Shown here: piece after piece, positions 52,461 through 64,000 of the stretch
Numbering within the stretch: position 1 is the first letter of the stretch
Layout: every line of letters begins with the position of its first letter
DNA from: Geosiphon pyriformis uo1
Taxonomy: Eukaryota > Fungi > Glomeromycota
Direction: 5' to 3'
DNA length: 64,000 nt
NCBI GenBank assembly: GCA_016748015.1
Contig: JAAOMT010000664.1
Coordinates: 1,611,892-1,675,891, forward strand
Program-made: the position numbers and the translations under genes
The notes under the pieces: generated by a model
Database searches by the model: none
Seen by the model: only the letters and a program-made list of their open reading frames with translations
Told to the model about the DNA's origin: nothing

Positions 52461-53956
52461 ATATCTTTATTATTATTGCTGAACCAATTAAATTTCTGAA
52501 TTTTTGAAAAATTTAATAGTATAATATATTGTTTGTAATTGTAATTGGAGTTTAAATCATTATTACCTTAATTGCTATTATGGATGAAATTAGAACTATT
52601 GTTATAGTCATCATTAAAGTTTAAATCAGAATTAAATTTTGATTTTGATTTTAAAATACAGCTGCTAATTGGTTTTTTCTCTTTGAAAATTGAATAAATT
52701 ATGTATTGTGGTAAATTGTAAATGAGATTACAATTATTACAATATTCAAAATCACTAAAAATTAAACAATATTTATAAAGTTTAATATTTAATTGTTTAA
52801 ATACTGTTCTTGTTCTTTTCAAGTAACAAGAGAAAAAAACAAAAAACAAATTTTAAGTTACCATTGCTACCAAAGAAATAGCCAACAGTTGGTATGTATT
52901 ATATTCAACTTCAGAACCAAAAAAACAATTATTCTATATTTTACTTAAATACAAGAACTATAAAAAAACTTTTTTTCATAAAAACTTGGATCTTATTTAA
53001 AAAAGACTATAAAACACATATCTGCTACTACTGCAAATTATGTTATTAAGAATGCTTTAGTTACTCAAAATAACAAAAAAAGTAGAACAATAAATCATGT
53101 TTTACTTGTGAAGAAATCTTATTCAATGAAGAAATATGGAATAATATTTTTGGTTATAAAAAAATATGTAATATATCATATCAATACATAATTCTCATTA
53201 GTGACTGGGTAAGCAGAGAAATGCCTTTTAATACTATATAGAACCAAGTATTTTTATGTTTAGACAGTTATCTACATAATTAAAACAAAATTTGATAAAT
53301 AACAAGTGCCAAAGTTAAAGACATTTTATTTAATAAAATACTTATCATCAAAAATAGCCTATTAAAATTTGTTAAAACATTCTTATCCCAAATCCAGACA
53401 TTTTTGTTAACATTTTGAGCAATTTAAAACAATTTTACAAACAATACTAAGATCTAATACCTGTTTTAAAAGAGTATTAATAGTAGCTTATTGTGATTAT
53501 CTTTAGCTTATAAGACTTAATAGACTTTCTAGGTAAGTTTGTTTGTTTTTTTTTTAAATTCTATTAGTGGCTGTAATTAGATTGTTTTAAAATAACTACA
53601 GATAACTGGTATTCAAGTATGTTAATCATTTTGATTAAACTATAGCTCTTAAATATTTCAGTTAAGCATAACATTGGTTTTGAACAGTTAATTATTACTA
53701 ATAAGAGCTTGGTATTATGTGATTTTTATAACAAAAACTTTAATAGATGTGATAATACCATTGATTTTAAAAAAGAAGTAATTGATTTCATCAATAAAAG
53801 TCTTGGTTGCTTTATTAACTATGATAATTTTGGTGCTAGCTATGTAATCAATTTAGTAATTTAATTGGTTCATAAGTTGTCATGTGATAATGCTGTCTGT
53901 TAATCTGCTATTAAGAATTAATTTAATAGATTGGCCATTAACTTTAGTATCTATGT

Positions 53957-54822
53957 TGTTACAAATGATTATTTGGGGTCTCAAAGCAAATAACAAATTC
54001 ATAACTTGGTGCTTGATTGGTATTCTGGTGTTAATATCTAAAGGTTTTATTGATCTAAAAGTTTTGTTGTGGAGTTTTTTATATAATAGACAGAGATTTA
54101 ATAGTTGTTTTTAGTAGCCTCCTGGAATTGCAATTCTGTCAAATTTTTTTCTCAACATAGTGGCTGGTAATCCTTCTGGTAAGCTATCCTCAAATCTATG
54201 AGTGTTCTACCCTTGTTTCACTGGTCTTTTACCAGTCCCTATGACATTTGTATCTCAGCACTTAATCCTTAATCAATTTAGTAAAACCAAAGAAATAACA
54301 AAAAAAATAAAAGAAAATAAAAGAAGATAAAGAAATAAACAAAAACAATTGCAAATTAGTATTCTGTCAATAGCTGTGATCAAGAGCTATTATTCCAGTA
54401 TGATTAAGTATCAATTATTATCAACATGAAATGTTGATAATGAGGAGTGAATTAAGATAGTGAATAATTATTTATTGATAATTGTGAATGGAAGATGGTT
54501 TCTAACTAAAAGATTCTAATAATTATGACTTGCAAGTCTAATTGACTCTGAGAGTTCTACTGACTCCCAGTCTTTCTAACTAATTTTCTAGCTTTTGATA
54601 TTACTGCTATATATACATAAATGAGATTCTTCAATTCCTCAATTCTTCATACCAGGAATCCTGAAATTCTAAAATCCTGCAATTCCTTTGTACAAAAATC
54701 TTAAGATTCCTGGAATTCTGCAATTCCTCTTGAAAGGAATCCTGAAATTCCATTTTTACTATGTTTATTCTGATTGGCTAATTTATGTACTAATATTTAA
54801 TTCTTATATTCTATAAATAACA
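53957..54822 (-). mobile_element. Solo LTR (866 bp) inserted in the Gypsy-1 protease; 4-bp TSD ATGT
   Basis: TGTTA...TAACA termini; ATGT at 53953-56 and 54823-26; removing it rejoins ITTMY|IDTKVNGQSIKLIL. Confidence 0.9.
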
Positions 54823-57029
54823 ATGTACATAGTTGTAATAAGTTTGACATTGAGAGTAGCTCTATTAAATAGAAATATTATTGCTAATTCTTTTAATTTA
54901 AAAAGAAAGATGGCTGTAAGTAATTTGTTCTTAGTAATAGTTGCTGATAGAATATTGTTAATAAGTAGTATTGGGTTGGTTTCTAGTGATTTGGGTATTG
55001 TGATTTCTGAAGTTATTAAGAGACTTAAATAGTTCTGAGAACTTGAATTTTGGGTGTACACATTTTTTGAATTTCTTGAATGTAATCCTAATAGCTGGTT
55101 TAATAAATTGGAGATTGGTTGGTGCATAATTATTGCTGATCTCTAATTTTATTAAGTATAGATAATTTTTGGTCTTGAATTTTTGGTTGATATTAGTTTA
55201 GTAATTTGGGGTGATACTTAAATTTGTTGGAATCAATACATTATTTGTGGTTGTAGTTGATATATTATTGGTGCTGGAATCTGATAAATAGAAAATAAAT
55301 ATATCAATTATTGCATTATTGGTGCATAATAAAGTTAGTATGATTTTAATAATAAATTGTTGGCATAGTTCTGGTTTTTAAACTTGCAATTAGAGTTTTT
55401 ATATTGGTTTTTCAATTGTGAGTTATTAGATCTAAAGTAACAATTTGCTTTTAAATAGCCTTATTTACTATAGTAATAACAATTACACATTTTTTGTTGC
55501 TATGGTTGATTTGATAATAATAATAATAAACATAATTGATTTTGAAATTAACTAGAACTTCTTAGATTGTTACAACATTAAAAAGACTAATAGATTGCTT
55601 AATTGTTAGCTAAATATTTCTCTAATTTTTGGTTGATTAAATTACTAAATTATTTTAGCTTAGAATTCAATTTAAATGATTTGTTTATAACTAGATTTAT
55701 GGCTTGTGTGTAGTTGGCTTTGAGTTCAGCTAATTCAAAAATTTTGGCATATATAATTGTATCTTGTAGAGTATTTAAATACATTAGATGTACTTATTAT
55801 AGCAAACTGCTATGTAAACTGTAAATAAATTGGTTTAGAATCTGGAACACTATAAAATAGTCAGTATTAATTACTTGAATTTGATGCAAATTCTTGTAAA
55901 AACATTCTAAGTATGTGGTAACTGCTTTTGTGTTCTCTTATTTAATTGTGGTAAAACTAATTAACAGATGATTAATGCTATTATTATTGTTAAAATATTA
56001 TAGAAATACAGTTTTAAATGCATTAAAATCTTGAAATTTGTTTATAAGATTTTGATACTACAAGTTAACAGTATCTTAAAAAAAGTATAATATAGTTTAA
56101 AGTATTCTAATATCATTTCATTCATTGGCTGTAATGATTTTTGTCATATTATTGAGCTATGTTTAAACATTGTTTTCTTTGCTGGTAAATTTTTTTAATT
56201 TGACAATTGGTATATAGATCATTAGTGCAAGTAATAATTGTAGTTGTTGTGATTATTGTTGATAAGCAGTAATTAATACAACTGGCAGTTAATTAATTGA
56301 GATAACTGAAGATAAGTTTTGTAGAAAAATAGGAGTTGGGTTTAAATTATTCAGATTTGGCTAGATTTAAACAATCAGAGTTTGAACTTTTAAGTTATTT
56401 AAGATTAGGTTTTAATTATTATTTCTCTGATTGCTGTCTTTTTTTTTTTTCTGATTTAGTGTTTGTCTAATTACTAATAGATCTAAAATTTTGTTGAAGT
56501 AATGGTAATCAAAGTCTTAATGAGATTGTTAGTTGTGATTTAAATCCTTCAAAAAAATTGCCATAAGTTTCTAATAATTTGGCTTTTTTTTGATTATTTT
56601 GAAACAGTATTTTAAATAATAGTGTTTTTATAATTGATAGTAATACAGATTTAGATAGTATGTAAGTAGTACTTCTTAGTATATGATAATATAATGAGTA
56701 AATAAATGAAACAATTTTTGGTTTTTTTCAAATAAACAGTTGTATTTTCCTTGGTGTTTCTGCTGAAGTTTATAACTTTTCTTTATTTTTGGCTGCAAAA
56801 ATAATAGGAAATTTTTGTTAAGTGTAATTCTCAATTTTTTAATTTATCTCTGTAATTAATAAAACAAACAAATGATTTTGTGAAAGCATAATGCTTTGGA
56901 ATAATTTACTGTAGAAATTTTTAAGAGTGGTTTTTAAATCTTTTTGGTCTTTTAAGTAGGATTTAATTTTTTTATTAATGTAAAAGTTGAAAACTAATTC
57001 TGCTGGCCAATAGTTACTTGTTAGTTTAA

Positions 57030-57874
57030 TGTTACAAATAATTATTTGAAGTGTTAAAACAAATAACAAACTTGTAACTTGGTGTTTAATAGCTAGTAAT
57101 ATTGATAATTTCTAAAAGTTTTGGAGTTTAAAGATTTTGATTAAGTCTTTTGTATAATAGACAGAGATTTAATTAATGGTTTTTTCTGTGAATTTTTTTT
57201 TTCAGCATAATGGCTAGTTTATTCTGACAGTTGTGTTTTTTTGGTAAGCTATTCTTAAATTTCTATTTTTGTTCTGGGTTTTTATCAGACTATTTTTGAT
57301 GTTAAATACTTAGCACTTAATTTTTTTAATCAATTAGTAAACAACAAAAAAATAAAACAAAAAAAAACAAAAAAAAACAAAAAAAAATTAGTATTTCATT
57401 AATAAATATAATTAAAAGTTATTGGTTCAGTATAATTAAATATTAGATTCTATTAATATAAAGTGTTAATAGAGTAAAATAGATTAATATTTTTTTAATT
57501 AAGTAATAATAACATAGATTGAATAATAATAAATAATTTTATTAATATGAAAATAATTTTATTTCAAGTTATAGAAAACTATTTTTTGAAAGAAGAAATA
57601 TTGTTGTTCTGAATTAAATTCTATCTATTTTATTAAATTCTCTTAAAATTACTTTTTTTGTTTTTAACACTCTTATTTAATTTATATTATATGAAATTTT
57701 TTAAAATTTTTCAATTTTTTTAAAAAAAATCCTGGAATTCTGGAATTCTGCAATTCTTTAAGAGAAATTTTGAAATTTTGAAATTCTAAAATTCTGCAAT
57801 CTTTTCTTTTATTACATCTATTTTTAATTGGTTATTTTATTTATTATTATAATTCCTAATTTCTATAAGCAATA
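57030..57874 (-). mobile_element. Solo LTR inserted in the 5' part of Gypsy-1 gag; 4-bp TSD TTAA/CTAA
   Basis: Near-duplicate of 58019-58774; removing it rejoins FQHYHTLF|RLTSNYWPAE. Confidence 0.85.
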
Positions 57875-58018
57875 CTAAAAAGAGTATGGTAATGTTGAAA
57901 TAAAAATTTGGCAAATCTTAAATAATTTATTTCTATTACTTTTAATTCTGCTACTTTTTTAGATGATTGTTGTTAGTGCTAATTTTTTGTTAAATTATAC
58001 TTCACAAAAAGCATCAAA

Positions 58019-58774
58019 TGTTTTAAGTGATTATTTAGAGTATTGAAATAAATAACAAATCTGTAACTTGGTGCTCAATAACTAAAAATATTGGTAATTT
58101 TTAAAGATTTTGAAGTTTAAAGGTTTTGGTTAAGTTTTTTGTATAATAGACAAAGATTCAATTAATAGTTTTTTTGTGAATTTTTTAGTATAATAACTGA
58201 TTTATTCTAATAGTTGTGTTTTTTTAATAAACTATTCTTAAATTTTTGTTTTTGTTTTTGGGTTTTTTACCAGACTATTTTTAACATTAATTATTTAGTG
58301 CTTAATCTTTTTAATCAATTAATAAACAACAAAAAAATAAATAAAAAATAAAAAATTAGTACTTTATCAATAGCTGTAATTAAATATTGAATTTTATTAA
58401 CATAGAGTATTAATAGTATAGAATAAATTAATATTTTTTTAATCAAATAATAATAATATAGATTTAGGTAATAATAGATGTTTTATTAATATAAGTATAA
58501 TTTTATTTCAAATTATAAAAAACTATCTTTTAAAAGAAAAAATATTGTTGTTTTAAACTGAATTGAATATTTTTTCTGCTTCTAATACTTTTACTATATA
58601 TATAATTCATGTTATATAAGATTTTTTAAAATCCTTCAATTTTTTAAAAAAAATTCTGAAATTTTAAAATCCTACAATTCTTTAAGAACTATTCTGAAAT
58701 TTTTTTTTTATTATGCTTATTTCTAATTGGCTATTTTATCTACTTATTAAAATTTTTAATTTTTATGAGTAATA
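58019..58774 (-). repeat. 5' LTR of Gypsy-1
   Basis: Ends AAACA followed by TT-TGATGCTTTTTGTGA (eroded PBS). Confidence 0.85.
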
Positions 58775-58775
58775 A

Positions 58776-61700
58776 TGTAATAAAATTTTCTTATATTGTT
58801 ACTTATAGAAAAGCATACAAAAAAGTAGTAGAAAAAACAGATAGACCAATAAAAAAATAATAGGTAACACATAAACACATTGCTTAGCAATATAAGCATT
58901 GCTTGAAAAATTATAGTACATTGCTCAAAAATGTGAGTGATCTTGTAGAACTCAAATTATGTATATATAATAAAAGCATTAGAAGCAGAAAAAACAAAAT
59001 TGATATTAAGATTTCTTTGTTCAAACATCTTAGTTAGAATTATTAATATTAATAAAATAATTATTCACTATTTAAATTACTTTCTCCACTATTAACACTT
59101 TATGTTGATAGTATCCAATACTTGATCACACTGGAACAATAGCTTTTGATCATGGCTATTAATGGGATACTAACTCTTTTTTGCCTTGGCTTATTTCTTT
59201 ATTTTTTTTCTTTTCTTTTATTTTGTTATTATTTACTAATTAATTAAAAATTAAATGCACAGAGTTATTAACATCAAAGTAACTAATAAATAACCCAGAA
59301 ATAAGAGTAAAACATTCAAAAATTAAGGATAGCTTACCAGAAGGATTACCAGCCATCATGCTAAAAAAAAATTTGATGGAATTGTAATTTCAGAAAGTGA
59401 CAAATAAACAGCACTTGAATCTCTGTTCATTATACAAAAAACTCCAACAAAATCTTTAGATACTAACACTACTTCAACTATTGAGCACCAAGTTACAAGT
59501 TTGTTATTGGATTTGAGATCCCAACCAATTTCTTATAATATTTGGTGCTTCCTGTGAAGTATAATCCTACAAAGAATCAGTACCAATAAACAACTATTTA
59601 AAAGTGACAGAATTAAAAAAAATAGAGACAAACCATTTAGGATTTGCCAAATCCTTATTTCAACATTACTGTTAACATTTGGAATTAACCAGCAATCACT
59701 TATCAGCAGAATTAGTCTTTAATTTCTATGTCAATAAAAAAATTTCTTATTTCTTAAGAGCACCAGTAGATATTAAATCAGTAAAAAAAAATTTTTACAA
59801 TAAATTAATTAAACACCAGCCTATTAGTAAATCATAATTTCACATTTATTATCACTAAAATCAATTAAAAAATTGAAAATCATACTCAAAAAAGATATCT
59901 AATCACCTATGCAAGCAAGAACAAAAGGAAACTACAAACACCAGCAGTAACACTTTAGAGAATACAACTACTGATTTGGAAGAAAACAAGAGTTGAATTA
60001 CCAATCAATTCATTATATTACTATACACCTGGAAGTGTTATCAATATTTCATCAATAGGTGTATCCACATTAAATACAAAAACAGCAGCAGCCCAACTTC
60101 TATTTCAAAGTAAACAAAAAAAAGCAGAGTTATTGAGAACTTATAGTAATTATTTCAAAAGATTTAAATTGTAATCCCCAATGCTATCAGAATTTTGATC
60201 ACCACTATCTTAGCCAGATTTCAGAACCACAAGTCCTTAGGAAGTAATGGAGTCAGAAGAAAAAGAAAAAAACAAAAATCAGAAATTTAATTATCAAAAC
60301 TCGATTTCAGAAAACCCAAAAATTCAAACTCTGATTGTTCCAACTCAGTAAAATCAAAACAATTCAAATTTCATTATTATTAATTAACCAAACTTACCTC
60401 CAGCAACCATAATTAATCTATTACCAATTGTACCAATTGTACCAATTGTTGCACAACTCCAGCCACAACCACAATCTCCATAACAATCAAATCCACCACA
60501 ACAACCAATCACAATACCAATGGCATATGCACCAATTACCAAACTGGAAAAATTTACTGGCAAAAAGAATAATATACAAGTATAGCTCAATGACATGGAA
60601 AAAGCTATTGTAACTAACAGATGGAATGATGTCAGAGCATTATAGATAATTCCATATTTTCTCTAGAATACTGTTAATTTATGGTATTAAAGCCTGATCC
60701 AGAAACTCCAAGATTTCAACACATTGAAATTTGAATTCTTAAGATATTTTAGTAATAAAAATAGCATCAATTGTCTAGTCAATACTTTCACAACTATCAA
60801 ACAAAGAAAAACTAAAGCAGTTACTATTTACTTAGAATGCTTTTATAGAAGTTTATGCCAAATACAAGCAATTAACACAAACTATTTTACTGTACTACAA
60901 ATATTAAATCAATTTATTTGTGACCTGTGCAATAGTCTTCTATAACGGATATATTTAATATACTCACAAACACTTCAAAATACTGTTATTCACACCAGAA
61001 ACTTTGAATCAGCTGAACTCAAAGCCAACTATGCCCAAGCCATAAATCTAGTAATGAACAGATTATCTAAACTAGATTCCAAATTGAAACAATTCAGTAA
61101 TTCAATTAACCAAAAATTGAAAAAATATTTAGCTAATAATTAGACTATATATTAATCTTTACAATAATGTAATAATTAAAAAAACTCAAATTGTTTCCAA
61201 AATCAGTTGCATTTTTTATTGTCAACCAATTAACTGTGGCAGCCAAAAATACATATCTGCTACAATTGTGATAAACAAAGTCACATCAAAATTAACTGCC
61301 ATTATAATAGTAACTCATGATTGAAAAATCAATACCAAAATCCCAATTGCCAGTTTTAAACTCCAAATTATTCACCAAATCAAGATTACTATCAACTTTA
61401 TTATCCATCCATAATGCAGCAAATATACTTATCTTCAGTATATTAAACTCCAACACCTGTAATATATCAGCCACAGCTGCAAATAATTTATCAATTCCAA
61501 CCAATTCAAATTCCGCCACCAAACTCAGCTCAAATATCATCCAGAAATTAAAGACCAAGAATCACATACACTCAACAAAACTGAAAATTGACAATGGTAA
61601 TGCACCAACTGATTTCCAGCTCATTGAGTCAATCATCAAAATTTTGCCAGTGGAGTTTAGGAACTGAGTATTACCAAAACCCAAATTTCTAGAACTATTT

Positions 61701-62235
61701 AAGTCTTCTGGTTACCTCAAAAGACACTAAACCCAACAACCAGAAACCCAATCAGACCCAACTATTTACCAACAATATACCTTTAGGCACCATTACTGAA
61801 AATAAATCACTTACTGCCATTTTTTCTTTTGAACTAAAGGAACCAGTCAAAATACTACTATTCAATGGAACCATCTTAAAATCCAAACCCATTACTACAA
61901 TGTATACAGATGTCAAGATTGATGGTCAGTTCATCAAACTAATCCTAGATAGTGGATCAGCCAGTAACATCATCACATGACAACTCATAGACCAATTAGG
62001 TTGTCAAGTTGATTATGCTGCCAGTACCAAGATTATTATAGCAGATAAAGTAACCAAAACTTCTATTGGCAAAATTGATGACTTTCTTTTTAAAATCAAT
62101 AACATTATTACATCCATCAAAGTGTTAGTAATAGAAGCCATTTAGTACCAAGCATTAGTTAGTAATGACTGGCTATCTAAAACCAATATAGTACTCAATT
62201 AAATCATATAAGAGCTTTAATTTAGTCAGAACAGT
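58776..62235 (+). mobile_element. Gypsy-2: related Ty3/Gypsy element (5' LTR 58776-59540, gag, aspartic protease), 3'-truncated
   Basis: TGTAA start; MAYAPITKLEKFTG, FEFLRYFS (gag); CYNCDKQSHIKINC; KLILDSGSASNII (protease active site). Confidence 0.9.
59543..59557 (+). promoter_or_regulatory. Primer-binding site TGGTGCTTCCTGTGA (tRNA ending GAAGCACCA; elongator Met, Thr or Ile candidates)
   Basis: Starts with TGG 2 nt after the LTR end defined by the solo LTRs. Confidence 0.75.
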
Positions 62236-62593
62236 ATTACCAGTGGTTTTTGTCAGTATTAAAAAACATTTCTTAGCTCAACTGGTAATACACATTACTA
62301 TAATTATGCTATTGACTATAGTATATTATGAGTGTATAGACTATTTTAGTAGGTGAAAGAGCAAAAAAGAGTACATGATAAGGTTATTAAAAGTAATAGA
62401 AAGTATTGTCATTATTATTTGTTTTTGGGCAAAAACCAGTCTTAAGTATTTAAAAGAGGAAAGAGAAGTCATATTTCTTTATATGTATTAGAAGTGCATA
62501 ACCAACAACAGAAGTGAAACCAACTATTCAAAGAAATACATAACCAGAATTTTTTCAATTAGTTGTTAAAAAGATGTGGTGTTCAAATATCTG

Positions 62594-63540
62594 TGTTACC
62601 GGAGGTTTTTGGTCTCTTTTCTCGAAAGTTGTAACTGTCTGTTGGTTGCAAATTCACGTTTTCTAGGAGTAGTTGAACCTCCAATAACTGAATTTATCTT
62701 CAAATTATCTCCTATAATTTAAACTGCTGGGCTTATAAGTGGAATGGCCAATTCCATGCCAGTTGCTTTGTGTAGTTATGTTGTAGTAAATGTCAACTCT
62801 TTCCTAAGAATTGCTCATCTAGAAGCTTACTAAAAATGTGTAGTTACTTTGCTGTGAAAGTCAACTCTTCTACAGGAATTTTGTCTGTAGGCTACCCTAA
62901 TGATTATAATAAAAAAAAAAAAAAGAAAGAAAATAAAAGAAATGTAAAAGAAATAGAATTCTGTCAAGGGAAACGTTTTCTATCCAGGTCTGGAGTCACT
63001 AACAGTTTACTGAAATTGGTAGTTAATCAATTTCGAAATGTTAGTTGGGTTTTGGGGCTTTTCCAAGTACAATAATTTAAAGAATTTGGTTTTTCAAATT
63101 ATTTGATATTTATTTCTTTTTGTGTGTGTAGGAATGGTTCTAAGTGATAAATCTAAAGTAAGATACATTTTCTCAAAGAGAGAAGCTCTTCTTTTATACA
63201 ACTTGTCGTAACACTATTCTATGAATTCAAACTTTGCTATTTTTCTACAATTTTGCTGAACTAAAATTACATTTTGGCGAACTACAAATTATTTTAGCAA
63301 ATTTTTACAAATTTTGGCAAACTTTTTGAATGTTACATAGTTCAGGGTATTGCATGATTGATCATCTCAATTAGGTTACATTTGTGTTATATACAAATTG
63401 GGTTATTAATTAAATGATAATTTTGGACATTTTGCTAATGTAATAAGTGATAATTTGAAACAATAATATATGTTAATTAATGATGGGAATTATAAAGATA
63501 ATTTCATGCTAAATAATATCTTTAATTTCATCTGGTAACA
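62594..63540 (-). repeat. 3' LTR (947 bp) of Gypsy-3
   Basis: TGTTACC...GGTAACA terminal inverted repeat; preceded on the minus strand by a purine tract. Confidence 0.85.
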
Positions 63541-63543
63541 TAA

Positions 63544-63553
63544 TCTTCTCCTC
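63544..63553 (-). promoter_or_regulatory. Polypurine tract GAGGAGAAGA
   Basis: 3 nt before the LTR's TGTTAC. Confidence 0.7.
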
Positions 63554-63579
63554 AAGACTGAGCTCCATCAAAGTTCAAG

Positions 63580-64000
63580 TACTGTCTGTAATTTCCAGAT
63601 AATAATCCAAAATTATTGAAGAAATTTGGTCTGAAAATTGTTAAAATTTTAGTTCTGTGAGCTTTCCAATGTATTGAATCTTCAAAGGTTGTAAAATTGG
63701 GTTTTGTAGAACGTTTTCACAGGTGTGAAATAGGTCATAAAATCTAAGAGCAGCTCTTAGTTTATAGTGACTGTTTGTAAGTCCAGCTGTTGTTTTGAAT
63801 TCGTTGTGAAGTTGTTTTTGAATAGCTTCTTTTGTGAGGTTTGCTGCTGTAAGCTCCCATTTTTGTTCGTGAAATGTTTTTCCAATGTAGAAATATCTAT
63901 ATATTGGAGTATAGTCATGGTTTTTTTCATTAAGATACAGTTGAAGTTTTTGTTGAATAGTAGCATTTGGTGGAATATTAATAGGAAGAAACATTAAATT
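63580..64000 (-). pseudogene. Extra ORF of unknown function just upstream of the PPT/3' LTR of Gypsy-3; its start may lie beyond the window
   Basis: YRYFYIGKTF...KLRAALRFYDLF...IQYIGKLTE; no integrase or chromodomain motifs; eroded paralogue near 44020-44130. Confidence 0.6.

Larger units (their letters stand above)
51386..58774 (-). mobile_element. Gypsy-1: degenerate Ty3/Gypsy element (5' LTR, PBS, gag, protease, Cys-rich linker, dUTPase, RT N-terminus), interrupted by two solo LTRs
   Basis: LTR at 58019-58774; gag relic with knuckle near 55440-55490; protease KLILNSR; dUTPase; RT start FGRTNII*HQIKIGDPMLIKQKTY. Confidence 0.88.

Noticed and set aside
54417-54441. Hairpin as LTR end with a Tf1-like self-priming site
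   Set aside because: TSDs place the LTR end about 470 bp further on, where a TGG-type tRNA PBS follows in the non-solo copies
54640-54750. Heat-shock elements in LTR U3
   Set aside because: GAA/TTC spacing does not give three contiguous alternating nGAAn units
1-64000. tRNA/rRNA genes, or bacterial, endosymbiont or organellar inserts
   Set aside because: None recognisable by eye; the AT-rich tracts show TE remnants rather than intact gene-dense sequence

Overview
Eukaryotic, very AT-rich fungal DNA. The TE families and intron signals resemble Glomeromycota (Geosiphon-like); this is an inference. There are two assembly gaps (26394-26907 and 41059-41223). The window has three compartments. 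(1) 1-19.4 kb: dead TEs, mostly RNase H-containing LINEs, at different stages of C>T/G>A erosion. (2) About 19.4-38.9 kb: a TE-free, CpG-retaining, microsatellite-rich island holding one clear gene, a two-exon Nrg1-type C2H2 transcription factor (30040-31397 + 31972-32656, 680 aa) with an apparently AUG-free leader of about 2.7 kb. (3) About 39-64 kb: a second TE graveyard with a pogo/Tigger DNA transposon, LINE 3' fragments, and nested Ty3/Gypsy elements (solo LTRs with 4-bp TSDs, a dUTPase domain, an internal inversion, an extra 3' ORF). The best candidate for an undescribed system is an ORF1-only (HAL1-like) non-autonomous retroelement at about 47.06-49.34 kb. It joins a distinct RRM-RRM-CCHC gene directly to the structured ~130-nt 3' tail shared by the autonomous LINEs. 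Also notable are RIP-like transition hypermutation of repeats and Gypsy elements whose gag frame starts inside the LTR. All calls were read by eye; no database searches were run.
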